Shown here piece after piece: positions 12,032 to 25,657 of a stretch of 64,000 nt of DNA. Within the stretch, counting starts at the first letter, position 1, and every line of letters starts with the position of its first letter. The notes below the pieces were generated by a model. It was not told the DNA's origin, made no database searches, and saw only the letters and a program-made list of their open reading frames with translations. The stretch spans positions 124,001-188,000 of the forward strand of contig JBPGPT010000007.1 in NCBI GenBank assembly GCA_051047955.1, written 5' to 3'. The DNA is from Cystobasidiomycetes sp. EMM_F5. Lineage: Eukaryota. The translations under genes were made by a program, and so were the position numbers.

Positions 12032-12968
12032 CTTGTATTAGGGTGGGTTATGGGTGTATGCGTCTAGATGGTGTAACGTGTGTGCGTGCGTGCCTGGAGA
12101 TCTGACACTCTGTGCCAAAGTTTGAAGAGTGTGTTTGACGATGGATATGAAGCAAAGACAAGATTGTTGAGCTTAAAACTTGGACAGATATCGTGCTGGG
12201 CATGCGCATAGCCCACTACCCTGGCTGCAAATATCATTGTCCGAAAGCGTCCAGGCGAAACTCTTCAGGCACCGACGCCACCATTCCCCGCCAAGATTGG
12301 AAATTGTCATCCATCACAAGGCGATGCTCGCTTTTGCGGCCAGGCATCGCATCCTGTTCTTAAAAGACAGTATTCAAGTGGAATCTGACCTTGCTGCACG
12401 CCGGATGCGTTTACTGACTTGGCTCAAAATTGAGGCAAACGAAATCGACACAGGTCGGGTAGATTCGCATGGACGTTTCCAAGTGCGAGGGGTGCATGCT
12501 GTTTCTCAATTCTTGTGCAACACGCTTCCGTGCCTTTCCTAGAGCAACTTCCAAGCAAGTCGTTGAGCGAAACTAGCGAATCCATCATCTGAAAAAGAGT
12601 GACTTATTCAGCCTACGCAACCATCTCGTCAGCATACACACTTCCTCCGGGAATAGTGGAAGACAAGTCTCCATTACGACAATGATCAAGACCAGCAACC
12701 CGTTGCTTTCGTGTATTAATTGTATTAATCGTGTGATGAATCCTAGAACACAAGACAGGACATGATATTATAAGGGAAATTACAAAGAGAAAGAGAATCA
12801 TCTTGACGCTCAGTAAAAACCCTAGAGTTCGCTTTGTTTTATTCTTTCTGCATTACTTTGTTGCTTGAAGTCGGGAAGGTCGTGGACTGTAATATCCGTT
12901 TGTTTCGTAGCCATAACTTGAACTTGGAGTGTCGAGTCGTCAAGATTACTTGATTCAAAGCAACGCGC

Positions 12969-14142
12969 CTAATCGCTTCCTGCGATAAGAGGAGCACGCT
13001 CGCCGTCGTCGCCTACGAGGGACGGGTTGCGGGCGGTGTAGAAGACTGCCTTGACAATGGCGAGGAGGGATACGATGAATGCAGCGAGTGCTACCCAGTG
13101 GATAGTCTTTGGGTGTGTTTGGTCTAGAATGGGTGACGAGTCAGCTGCTGATTGCCTGACTTGATACATGGCGAGGGAGATGTCGACTACTCACTGACAA
13201 AGATTGCCGACAGCTCGAAGGCAATGACTGCTGCACCTGCTACGTCACCTCTGCTCGAGTGGAAAGCGTATGCGACGGAGGTAGATCCGAGAAAAGCGAG
13301 AGCAATAATTGCGAGTACGCGTGTAGCGAGCGAGGCGTGCTGGTGGTGCTTGTCCTTGCTGAATGCGGCAAAGGCTGTGAGTACGATGAGGAATACCGAG
13401 TAGGCGTGCCAGAGGGAGAAGGGGAGGTGTACAAAGATTGCGCTGGCTGTCGTCTTTGGTGGGTGTCGGACCTTGAGCTCCCAATAGACGGTGGAGACTG
13501 CGAGTGCCAAGAGGAGGGTGAAGATGACTGTGGGTGGTGAGGGGGTGAGTGAGTAGTGGGTGAGTTAGTGCGTAGGTGAGGAGTGGGTGAGTGGGTGAGT
13601 GAGTGAGTGAGTGAGTGAGTGAGTGAGTTAATGATGAGTGAGTGAATTAATGACTCAATGACAGAGTAGTGAGTACACTCCACTCACACCCAATCACATA
13701 ATGGCCGTGATGGAACAGAGTACTCCATATGCCATTGAGCAGTCCGATGATTGCAAATCTCCACCCCACCCCCTCTACGACTGGCTCGTAGCCTGCGTCA
13801 AAGAATTGAAAGATGACCGTTCCGAGGAGTAGGAGGTCAATCAGCGTCCACACGTAGAATCCATACTGCGCTGGGGTGATGTAGGTTGTCTTTGTCGGGC
13901 TGCCGGGCTGTTGAATAGGATTGAAATTTGCAAGACATCAGACATGGCATGAGAGCGAGTCATCACCACTGCTCACCGACAGGACCGAGTAGAGGTTTGT
14001 TCCAAAGAAGAAGGCGAATACGAGCTGGGGAATAATGTGAAAGTCAGACTGATTTGAATCATTTCGTCGTTTGTCCTTGTCCTCCACCACCCACCACGTT
14101 TACCACCTTCAACGCCAACCCGTCTGTGACTGAGCGGGCCAT
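12969..14142 (-). CDS. Conserved-looking fungal multi-pass membrane protein (TspO/MBR-like N-half), multi-exon
   Basis: Motifs TYITPAQYGFYVWTLIDLLLLG, VGWRFAIIGLLNGIW, IFVHLPFSLWHAY, C-terminal ERAPLI; about 7-8 hydrophobic helices. Confidence 0.75.
13541..13687. repeat. Intronic (GTGA)n/(TCAC)n microsatellite; perfect core 13595-13628 with degenerate flanks
   Basis: Directly visible; it fills the 160-nt intron 13528-13687. Confidence 0.9.
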
Positions 14143-14461
14143 TGTCGGTATATGATATCTCTACTGTACGCTGTGATTATGTAATGCAATGCCCTCTGTT
14201 TGCCGTCTGGATTGTACGCTCCCAACCTGTCTGACAGCTGGCATGTTGCGACAGGATGACTGTGATCGAGAAAGCAATGACGAGAGGTTTATAATGGATA
14301 TTGTAATTGTTAATACTCCATTACAACCACACAACTGCTGCAACATACATGGCCTATTAGATGCTCCGTCTGGCAACACCGCACCGCCGCCGAGTAAAAC
14401 GACAAACAGGCAGGCTCATCTGAGAGAGCGGGTATACATACAGACATTATTGTAATAGAGG

Positions 14462-16127
14462 ATGGACGACGGCGTGGAGAGATGGATGGGGAGCAGTGGG
14501 AGTGGGAGTGGGAGTATGGGTGGGAGCGAGGATGGCTCACACGTTCCCGGCCTGAGCCAGTACATACCCTCGACGACCGACAGGCGATACTCGGACACTA
14601 ACAAGCCAGACTTCCTGGACGACTTCATACCGAGTACAGAGTACAGCGACACAGCAAACGATAACAACTCCTCGTCCCGCCCTTCCTCCTCGGCGTCGGG
14701 GGGTTCATCCAATTCACTGCCACAACCATCACAACGCGAATCCTACATGCGACCGTGCTCGTTTCTGCAGCCTGGATTGGTATTCTCTGGCAAGCAGTCG
14801 TTCACCGCCTATATTACACCCCCACCCGCTCCTCCAATTCAATCCCCCTTGCGCGCAGGCCAGATCAGATCATCGTCGTCGTCGCATCCGATACCCCATC
14901 GACGGCACGAAGTGCATCCGACCACGCCCTCCTCTACTCACCCTCACCCTCGTCCTCCCCCTCTGTTTACCAACGCCGATTACGCCTCGACTCAACTCCC
15001 ATCGTGGTCGGAGGTACAGTCATCTGCTATCGATCCGTACCTCCAGGCACTCCTCTCAGGAGCACCGAGCTATCGTATTCCAGAGGCTTCCCTCCTCGGT
15101 GCATCCGCGCGTGCAAGTAATGCGACTAACATTACCGCTCCCTCGACATCCTATTGTGCCTCGCGCGAGGAATGGGAAGTGCAGGTGAGCAATCGCACAA
15201 TTCCAATACCCTTCATACGATCAACTGACTTTGTGCAGGTCTCGATATCCTCCGTCGACTACGAGAGAGGGACAGTACGAGGGATAATGAAGGCTCTCAA
15301 CGTCCCTCAATCCCCATCCGAACAACGACGAGCGCAGTACCATGCGGCAACGTACAATGATGCAGGACGACAGCCTCACTCAAGAAGATGTACAGTGACG
15401 ACGTCGTTTGAGGGAGAGATTGTCGATTTGCACAATCATTCCCTCTGGACGCGCGTACGGCCGCCAGGTCATACGACTACCAGGGAGCGAAACTCGTCAT
15501 CACACGCACATTCGTCCACAGACAATCGCTCAGACAAGGAAGTGGCAGCAAGCGAATCGGGATCCTTGTCGTGGCTAGCCTCTAATGCAACAGTCGACAA
15601 GACGACAGATCTGGAATACTGGGCAAGGCTGGAAGCGTTTACTGCGCTCGGTCCATCGGCCGAAAAGGAGATTTGTCGAATCGCTCGAGAAGGAAGCTGG
15701 GTGTCTAGGAAGAAGACTGTCTCACCGTCCACCGCACAACCCCACTCGGCGACAGTGGACACACAGCACGACACTATACAGTACTATGGAAGCAAGCAGC
15801 CCGATCCGAGAGACTACCTCTTGATGCGCTGGAAGGAACGGGATTTTATCGATTGCGACGCCCTCACCTCTGGGTTGACCATTTCGGGTTTCTACTACAT
15901 CTGCCTGAATCGGAACAATGGGCATTTGACAGGTGTGCCAGTCTCTCACACATGCTGCCTTTATGACACCGATGACTAATGTATCCTTCTCCCTCACAGG
16001 ATTCTATTATGATCCCCAGTCGACCCCTCATCAACGATTAGAGTTGCGGGCCGCCCGCACGACGCAGCATCTATCAGATTCGAGCGTTGCTGGAGGTGTA
16101 TGGTTTGGGAGCTATAGCATATTGTGA
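14462..16127 (+). CDS. GID4: GID complex substrate receptor Gid4/Vid24 family
   Basis: Motifs SFLQPGLVFSGKQ, WEVQV|SISSVDY, TTSFEGEIVD, DLEYW, YLLMRWKE, GLTISGFYYICLNR, G|FYYDPQSTPHQRLEL. Confidence 0.9.
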
Positions 16128-16359
16128 GGTGGTGAATGCTGATCATCCAGGTCGCTGCCTGGTGTGTTTCTCGGATTAGAGTTGTCGTGTAGCCTATATA
16201 TCGCATCGCATTACAGTTTATTATGCAAGGATTAGCGATTCGCGGGTCTTGCTCGTCGTTGCAGACTTGTCAGCCGCTGTTATTGTCTGACGAGAAGACG
16301 CCTCGACGAAGCCTTTCAAAGACTTGAAATGCTGAGCCCTTGCTTGACTTGCAACAGCC

Positions 16360-19338
16360 ATGGCGAGCCAGTACATTGGTAATGCGATATCTGTGACGCT
16401 CAGCAACGGGTGTGTGGTGCTCTATGATGGGAGTGCCAGGTTGGATTGCGCTGATACCATGAACGGGGGTCCAATATATCCAGAACAACCGTCGACGGGA
16501 CTCTGGCAGAAATCAACGTCGACTCTGGGACACTGACTCTGACTGACGGCGAGCTGATATCGTCTAATATATCCTCGCGAAACCCCGTCTGACATGTTTG
16601 CCTGTTGGTCGTTGTTAAAGCCATCGTAGCCCAACACGGTTTCGAGCCTCTCCGCGTTCACAGGCAGGTTCTGAACCGCTCAGAAGTCAAAGGTCTTCGT
16701 ATTGTGGAGAGTAAACCTGCCCGTCAACCGCCAGCTCTCAGTCAGCAAACATCGTACAATGCTCAAGTTGCATATCAACAATCGACCCAGCGGGTACAAC
16801 ATACCCCGACAAAGCAAGATAGGCTCGCAGTAAATGATGTGCGGCAAGCACTGCCTAATCTCGACCCCGCTATACTCTCAGTGAGCCCGAATTGCACATC
16901 TCACACCTTTGTCTGACAACTTCGTATAGATTGGCAGAGAAACGCCACCGTCCCAAGTATGGCTGTCTACCTGCCGAGAACGAGCTTTGTATTGACTGAA
17001 TGTACTTCTCATCTTTTACCCTTTGCAATGCTCCTTCTTTCGTCCTTAATGTGATAGTCATCCCATGTCACTCCGCTAGCGTTCGACAGTCCGCTACCTT
17101 CGCTCGTCCAAAGTCTGTCATCACCCAGCTCCATCCCTACACTAGCTTCACAACAGAAACAGCGTCAAGTACCGACTGCACCCGCTTCCGTTCGACCCGC
17201 ACCATCGTCACTCGCAAGCAATTCTACCATTGCAGCGCTGTCCACCGCGTCTGCTCCTCAACCACACGGTCATCCTGCAGTACCTACAGGGTATCATGCG
17301 GGACATAATGCTGCACTGACTCGACATGCAGCAGCGGGCACAACACAATCACCCAGAGAGCGTACCAATCTCGCACGAGCGACTATGAAGAAGAAGCATT
17401 CCGCCAATGCTGCCAATGCAAAGATGAATATGTCGAATGATTCGGGATATATTGCAAGACGGTTTGGCGGAGCCGAGACGGCGGGATCGGAAGCTGATGA
17501 GTCGCATGTCGCAAATTCCGAAGCTCCTGCTGTCAGGCGGAAGGTAAGTGCTATTACGCCTCGAGGTGAGGTGCAATTATTCATGCTATCGTTTGTACGT
17601 ACTGCAGGGCACTCACTCGAGCTTGAGACCGCGGCAACAATTTGTGACGAGCTTACAACCGTAAGAACAAACGCGCGCACTTACAATTTCAATATCAACT
17701 GAGACCGTCGGTTTAGTGATGACACAGAAGCAGGCGAGACTTCTGACGCACCAAGTGGAAGTTTGCACGACGATTTCGATTTTTCTCGTGGACTTGCTTC
17801 TTTCGATAAGCAACAGGTATTCCGGGAGATTCGGGTAAGCATTGCATACAGCAGCTGTATTCAAAATACTCTTGGGCTGACTGACTGGATCATCACCGCA
17901 GGAAATGGACAAGACTGATCCCTCACATCGGCTTATCGCGCACAATAAACGGGGCGGCGCTTCTTCGCCCAATCCATATACTACTAAGCTAAAGTACAAT
18001 GAGAACGTGCTTTCACAATACGAAATGGACGCATCAGCCATAACTCCAGAAAATAAAGGCACTCAGGCGTACTTCACCTTGCAAGTGCCCGAAGAAGCGT
18101 CTGAAGCGCCAGCCGCGACCGCGACGGAGGATCAGGAGGCAGAGTATACCGAGGATGACTTCGCGAACAGCGACGATGGCGCTCCCGCACGCTTGCGAGG
18201 GGTCGTATCGGTCGCAACACCCACTTCGGCGCATGGCGGCCCAAATACTCATCTGACGATTGCTGGAGCGACTGACCTGCTCAATGCGGGCCCATCGCCG
18301 GCGTTTGCTGCATCGGGTATCAACACGAACGGTGGTCACAATGGCGCTTTCAAGGCGATGAAGACTAAAGAGGGTATTGACTGCGTTGCTGTTACGGACA
18401 AGCAATGGAAGGATGTTCTTCAGCTATGCAGCATAGAGTGCGGGCCTGATGCAACCCAGCAAATTGAAAACGCTGCCAGAGGAGTCGGTGAGGAGAACGT
18501 TTACTTCAATACCGTGGTACTCTTGGAGCTAAAGCCATGCGCTGCGAAACACAGCTTCCATTGTTTTACGCGAAGTTGGTCCTGCTCCAGAAGTGGTATT
18601 GTTGTGTACGCCCTGTCGCAAAGGTAGCATAGGACTGCGTGCTGGAGCGTTCCTCATGAATCATGGTGCCTCATGCACTGCGTTTCTACCTCACAATCAA
18701 CACGAACAGACGCCAAACAGGCAGTCGGAGGTGTACTTGCGGCAATTCTCTGCGGCCGGAGGCAGTATCGTCCGAAGCGCGCACGGTACGCCACTTCGTT
18801 ATAGGCAAATTCGATTTCTGACATGCTCCCCAGAGCTTCCAGCAAATGCAGACATAATCATCGATGCCCTGCTCGACAACGAGGCCAATGTGAAGAGACC
18901 GCCCACACAGCCAGACTCATCTATTCCAGATGCGATCTCCTGGGCATTAAGCTGTACGAAGTCTGGCTCGAACACTCAGTCTCCACAGTGGAGTATCGAT
19001 CTTCCAAGCAATACTGACGCCAATACAGGCTACCCATCGCCCGGAGCGATTTGGGTTGTTTCGCCTAGAGCTGTGGTTGCACTCGGCTTTGTCAAAGCTC
19101 CGTCGGCCAACGCTCGATACAACTTGTATCTAGTAGACATGGGTATACCCTTGGTACGTAACCGGATTGACCATGTCAGTTGTCGCGTAGCTGACCAGTT
19201 GTGTGAAATAACGTGTCAAACACTCATTAGACGGCAGTCGAGCGCGCCGGCATCAAGAACTACCAAAATCCGTTTATCGGAGACACTTGGGTGCGTTTGA
19301 TCACGTCTCATGACTGGTCTGCCTTACAGGATACTTAA
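16360..19338 (+). CDS. EDC3: Enhancer of mRNA decapping Edc3 (LSm, FDF and YjeF_N domains), many exons
   Basis: LSm start MASQYIGNAISVTLSNG, FDF motif DDFDFSRGLASFDKQQVFREIR, YjeF_N elements QIENAARG, DIIIDAL, SIDLPS, LYLVDMGIP. Confidence 0.88.
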
Positions 19339-19553
19339 CGTAAATCTCGCAGGTTACTTCAGTACATTGACAGCACAAACCGACACAGAATGGTTACCCC
19401 AGGATATTTGGTATCATACGATGCAACACGGCTACTACCATGATAACTGCTGCCACTATTCACGGATTTCCCTATAGTTCTTCGATATACATCATGCCTT
19501 GAGGCAGGTTCAGGTTCAGATAAATAGTCCATTACATTGCATATAGTTTCGCT

Positions 19554-22500
19554 TCACGCTACATATGCAGGCGGCGGCAATTCCCCTGCTGTGCCAGTCC
19601 ATCCCGACGCTAACAGGGACTCCTCGACGTGAACTTCAGAAACAACCGGAACCGCTGCCGCCTGCGTTGTCGAATGCTGCAGCGCAGGGATTGTTCGACT
19701 GTGACCCGACGCTCGCTCGGCGTCGGACATCTCGTGTGGATGAAGACCTTCTGCATTGAACCGAAGTTCTCGCGCATTGGTCGGTGCCTGACTGTAAGTA
19801 GGCAGCTGATTGACCAAAGCAGTCCGGCACTGCTCGTGAACATCGTCAGATAGAGAGTGCCATCGTCAGCGTGACTACGCACTGAAAGGATGTTCATAGG
19901 AGCTTCGACAATCTGGGAGCGGCATCAGTATAAATCAAAGTGCGGAAGGCACACATCGGCTTACGATATCGAATTTCTTGCGATTGCCCTTGCTATCCAT
20001 AGCCTCATTATCTCCTCGTTCTACTCGGAGGCATACCTTTAGCGAGTGGACAATCGTTATATTCGCAAGTTCGTTTGTGGATGAAAATGACAAGTCGCTG
20101 GAACAGTCCGGCAATCGGACGCTACCTTCGAGCAGCCACGGTCCCATGGGGTCTAACACAGAGACGCCGGTGCCTGTAATTCATGTGATAATTAAGCCGG
20201 CGTCTCGGTAGCGCGATTGCAATGTCGCACTCACTGTCAGACGATCCAGGACTGATCAACCAGTCACGCAACGGAGACTGCAGGATCGCAGTCGGCGATT
20301 CCGAGATTATCGGCAACAGCGGTTCTTTCCAATCGTCGTAGACTATCCTAGCCATCTCGTACTTCTTGATTGAAGAGCTGCGCGTAATGAGCTTCTCATG
20401 AGCGTAATATACATGCCTCTGAACGATGAACGGATCAGTTCTCGTGCAATACTGCCATTTATTGGCTAGACGGACCTGCTCAAGATATACAATCATTCGG
20501 AACACTCGCATCTTCGAGAGCGGATGCAGGCGTATAGATATGGGGATTTCGCCACCGATTGGTGCACTCTGAAAAGAGAGTCCTCAGCAATTATCGCCGT
20601 CCAAAATGAACATTCGTCACTTTGCAGTGTATCACTATCTTGTAGCTTAATTGTGTTTCCCACATCCGGTCAACTATGATACTTTCGATCGATTCGAGGT
20701 CGTCCTCGTTCGGTGCAGCTACAATGTGGACCTCGTTCAAGGATGTCAGGTTTGTCGTCAGCGCTCCAGCGCGGTGTATGAAGCCTTTGATCATATATTT
20801 GACGCTGCCATGGCTTGCATGAATAGTCGGCGGTAAAGACACTGGTATGGGAACTGAATTGTGTTGTTAGTGCACTTAAACCTTTTACTATGTCAGTGTA
20901 CGTATGACATACTGAAGATCGGATAGTTATACGTTCCAGCTTTGAATTCCTGCCAGCCGACGTTTTTGACTCTGCCTCTTGGATGATCTTCACGATCGTC
21001 ATCATCGTCGTCGGAATGGTTGTCACTTTGGCTATCATCCGCTGCCACCACGCTAGTTGCAGCGCCTATGAGGGCGTGTTTGATTGCTTTTAGACCTTGT
21101 GCACGCCCACGGCTAGCACTCCGGGCTCTGCGGTCTTCACCGTCATCCCCATTCGCTCTGCCTTGTGAATCCGGGCTAGTACCTCGTCTCGACTGGCTGC
21201 TAGCTTTGTTCCCGCCAAGAAGTGACGAGAGGCTGAAACGCGTAGATTTCGATTGCGACCGCGGAGCAGGTCTACTTCCACTCGGTGCCCTGAACGCTGA
21301 TGCAGCAGGAGAAGACTCCCGGGCTCGGCCAGGTGCAGTCACCGTTTCAATGCGCAGACTGGAAGACGTATGATTGCTAGCTCTGGATCCGCGAGCTTCT
21401 TGCAAAGGCGGTCCGGTGCTTTGCGTGAGTGGAGATGACAGAGGCGAGGATTGCAAAGACGGTTCTCGCGAGGGCGTGATTGATCGACCACGGCCATTCT
21501 GGTCAAGTGTAGATTGCGGAGAGTCGGTACTGTCCAGCAATCCATTGACCGTCTCGCTGAAAGGGTCTCCAAGACTCTGTGACGGAAGCCAGCTGTCACT
21601 TGGTAGCATAAGACTGGCTGCACGAGAGGGGGGAGCAGACGAATCCGACGTGTTAGCACCGGAATTCATAGCTGATGCTACCGAGGCATTCAAGTCGCCT
21701 CTCAGCTCCGACATGCGAGTAAGCCGAGCCGAATGCGTGCTAGGGGAGCGAGGACTCTGTGTTGGGCGCACTGGAGAAAGATGATGAGATGAGTGCTGAT
21801 TGCGTGGATCTGCGGATACTTCTGAATACTGCGGAGCGTCTTCTAGGGGTGTCGGGGAGGCGATGGGCAGGGGCGACGGCTGTACGGACCCAGGACTGGA
21901 TGACGGCGAGCGAGTCATCGGGACTCGCCTGTCAGACGCTGTGAATGCAGAAGTGCTATCGAGACTACCCCTCATGGGAGCAAATGATGCGGAGCGTTGC
22001 TGTCCCCGACCGGCGGCTGCGTCGAGTAGCGTTCGCGATCTAGATCGGGATCTATGGCGATTACTGTAGTTGTCTAGACCTTCGTCCAGCCTAGTGCCTG
22101 GCATTACCGACGCACTCCGACGAGTGTCGCCCGTCTCGGATGCATCAAAAAACAGCAAATGTCTTTCAACAAGGTCGGTCCTTTCCACCGTGTCCAACCT
22201 GCGTGGTCCGATACCCTGAAAATGTCATGCACATTTTAATGCTGTCTAAATGGCTATCAATGTGTTCGATGCGTACCTCTGGCCATTCCGTCTTCGCGAT
22301 GCCTTTCAGCCTGACGCCAATCTTCTTTATGCGAGTAGGCTTAGTCAGGGTAACTGTCAATACTCCACGAATGATGGCTGGCGGCCGCAAAGCATCGATT
22401 GACCTGCTCTCTTCCTCGTTTTCCTCCACTGCAGTTTCTCCATCAGCATTGGCCGTGTCAAGTACGGCTCCATTAGTGCTGCGCTGGAGTCCGCCTGGAC

Positions 22501-23108
22501 TGCGTCCTCGACTGTCCATCCCATCAGTAAGACTATTCAATTGCTCTGCTAGCTGTCCATTGCTGAGTACAGAACGGCCGAGTGCAGGCCTGGACGAAGA
22601 GCGTTCGGGGGACGCACGGCGTGAAACTGACGGCGATCTCGAGTCTGCAAATGTACCAGCACCTGTCCTTGTAGTTGATCTTGCAGGCCTGTCGACACCG
22701 GTAATTGCAGCGGCTGCAGCTGCGACTGTCGGGATGGACCGTCCTTGGCTGCGACTACGCGATCCAGCGCCTCCCCTGCCTGCAACTGGGGTGAAGCTTA
22801 TGAGACTACCTCCTTGACCAGCTTGGAGCACATATGGAGAATTGGGTGGGCCTGCGTTGTTTGATGCGCGACCTGGAGCGCTGCCGCCATTCGCATTCGC
22901 ATTCGACGGCGACTGGGATCGCTCTGCGGCTGCACGACTGCGCTGCCTTCGACGTTCTCTTCGCATGTTGGCCGAGTCTAGATTTCGCAGGAATCTGTGT
23001 GGATTGTGCCCTCTTCAGCTCGTTGAAATTCAGTCATTTTAGGCTATATCCAGCGCACATCACAGGCTCGGTGAGGTTGACGACCACCGTGGAGCTCGAC
23101 GGAGCCAT
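19554..23108 (-). CDS. Alpha-arrestin (ART-type Rsp5 adaptor) with large disordered insertions
   Basis: Motifs NLTEPVI|FLR, RGVLTVTLTKPTRIKKIGVRLKG..KTEWPE, WQEFKAGTYNYP, LPPTIHASHGSVKY, HSLKVCLRVERGD; PY-type motifs LPTY and PPAY at the C-terminus. Confidence 0.85.
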
Positions 23109-23279
23109 GTTTGAAGTCGAGCAGGTTGGCAAACAGAAGTTGTTGGTCGGAAAGTGAGAGCAATTGGAGCTCACGATAAAGCAAGAGGAACGAAAATAGG
23201 GGAAGACGGCCGAGATAGTGAGCAATTGCGGAGAACGACAACAACGACGGAGAATAAGTATGTACGCTACACTGAGGCC

Positions 23280-25352
23280 TCATGACCCCGTTAAGATAGA
23301 AGACAGCGCTTCCCGGATACTCGTATCGGTGAAAGCTGATCCGGCAGTCTGAGAAACAGGAACACACTGAATGTGAAGAGAGCCGAGCGCTTCGACGTCA
23401 ACGTGCAGTCTTCCGGCTTCCAGATACACGATATGTGTAATGTAGTCCCCCGGACTGAATGTGAGTTGCCGGCGTGCGAGAGGCGCGAGATGATGCGGAT
23501 CATGAACAGTCTTACTAGCCTGTCGAATTGATCCGTTGAGATGCATTGTGATAGCATGGACCTTTGGGGCACAGAATCAGAATTCAAGCCATGTGTAGAA
23601 TCAAGCAACCATAACTGACGAAATCCAGAGCTGTCATTCCCTCCGTCTCCCGGTCAGGGTTACCATTCAGAAGTAGAATCTTCTGCTTCAATCGTGTTGA
23701 CATGGCGATCGTATTGCCAACTCCGCTAAGAACCAGGGGAGGAATCAAGCTCGTATATAACGATCTTTTCCCACGTGTAATATAAGCTTACAGCCTTTGT
23801 CAATGGTGCCTGACAGTGGAGACTTACCCGCATGAATAGACAAGCACTTCGCACTTGACAAGGCTGTTTAGAAAGACAGATGCTGGAGCAGGATAAGTTT
23901 CTTGACCGTAAGTGTTGAGGTAGAAGATCCGGGATATTGGACTCGGTAAGGGTACGAAAGAGCCATCTTCAGGCTTGGTAAAGATGATATTCCCGCTTGG
24001 CGACGAATCGCGGCGTGGCGTGTCCCATTGCACGTCGCCTGGATCATGCTCTTGTCCAGCATCGTTGTCGTCTATGTCGTGACCATCGTCTAGCTCTAGC
24101 TGTGTACGCGCAAGTACGCCAAGACTGTCATCGTCAACGCTGCTTTCACGTAGATGCGAACGCCCGTGCGTGAATGGCGATTCAGATGTGGTTCCGACGC
24201 CATAGTTGGAAATACGGCTTTCGGGGCGCGAAAGTACCGCAGATTGATGTGCAGCAGCACCCACATAGCTTGTGGGTGTGTGTGCAACTCTAGCTGAAGC
24301 ATCTCGAGGAGTAGATGACGATGTCAGAGAAGGTGTATACGCACCGCTCATCATGTCGGCAACAGCGCTCTGCTGCGACGGGTGCGATATTTCGTTCTGC
24401 CCGACGATATGTGTGCCATCACCCAATTCTGCTGCTATCGTGACCAGAGAATTCGTGTTTATTGAGGGAATCACGGAGTAGGATGGACTTATCCCACAAA
24501 CGGAAGAGAAGAGGAATATGGCAGACTGCAATGAGCGGACAAAAAGCTGAGCACCGGCAAGCCAAAAGTTGCCAATACTGCCGCTTCTAAAGTTGAACCG
24601 TCTTTGCGCTCTCCTAAGGATCGCATGCTCGAAGTGTACTGCGGGACTTCATCAGTACTTCGGCCGCAGTTGCTAGAGAGCTGCACAAGAACCTAGAAAC
24701 GCTCTTATCGCCTCGCGTCTGTCTGCGGGGATGTCATGCCACAAAGAATGACTTCCCTCCACGATGCTGAGCCTGTATGTTATGGATCAGCCACAGACAT
24801 CATTGCCAGTCCAAAAGGCCTGTAGCTGACCATTCCTGTTTAATGGCCTCGTTTGATATGTGCGACTCGCTGGGTAACCGATACGCAAACAAAGCTTTGA
24901 TACCATCATAAGCGTGGGAGTCGGGAATCAGCCGCACCAGTCGAGACCGTATGTCTCCTGAATATTCATCAACCCGTTAGCATGGCAGCAAAACCTGGGA
25001 ATCTTCAACTTGTTGAAACAGCCAACCTATTGACGGTCCACCGAGCACTCTGCACCAGGACAACAGCAACGCCATCAGCGAAGGATGCGACGACATGCAA
25101 TATCTGGCCATACCTGATGATCTCGCTGGAACTGCCGCCGTTATCGCTCACCGGTAACACAAAGGACACGTTGTCGAAGAGGCCAGTGAAAGCATCCAGC
25201 ACTGAATTGGCAGCGGAACCGCCGGAAATGACAAGCGCAGAGATGGGCCTGCCAGGTTGATGTGCAGCTAGCGATGCTACGCTCCCGCTGAGCGGCGATG
25301 GCGCGTTCTCCGACATGGGTCCATCCCCGCTTTGCAATGCGGCAAAGGCCAT
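23280..25352 (-). CDS. UPF0052 / CofD-YvcK-like protein (yeast YNL011C-like)
   Basis: Motifs VISGGSAAN, LPVSDNGGSSSEIIR|VLGGPSI|GDIRSRLVRLI, IGNFWLAG, IVGQNEISHP, YSCG|SLYTSLIP, LLNGNPDRET. Confidence 0.88.
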
Positions 25353-25657
25353 TGACCTCTGTCGGCCTACCGGACCTTCAACAAGCGCACAGACTGCAGT
25401 ATACTGAAACGAATACTGATGATTCTGTAGGTTGCCTTATGCCTGCTCGTTAGGGTGTACTTTGGAGAACGATCTGGGATGGCGACCCCTGCAAGCACTC
25501 CAAAGTACTCGAGCTGCATTGTACTATGAGGAGGATAAATGTTCTGATACTCCTCTTTTGCTTTCTAATTACTTCTATGTATGTTTTGGCGCGATGCCCT
25601 TTTGACTGACCGTCGCGACTTGCCGGTCTTGGTTTATTCCCTTCGCAGCGCTTTGCG

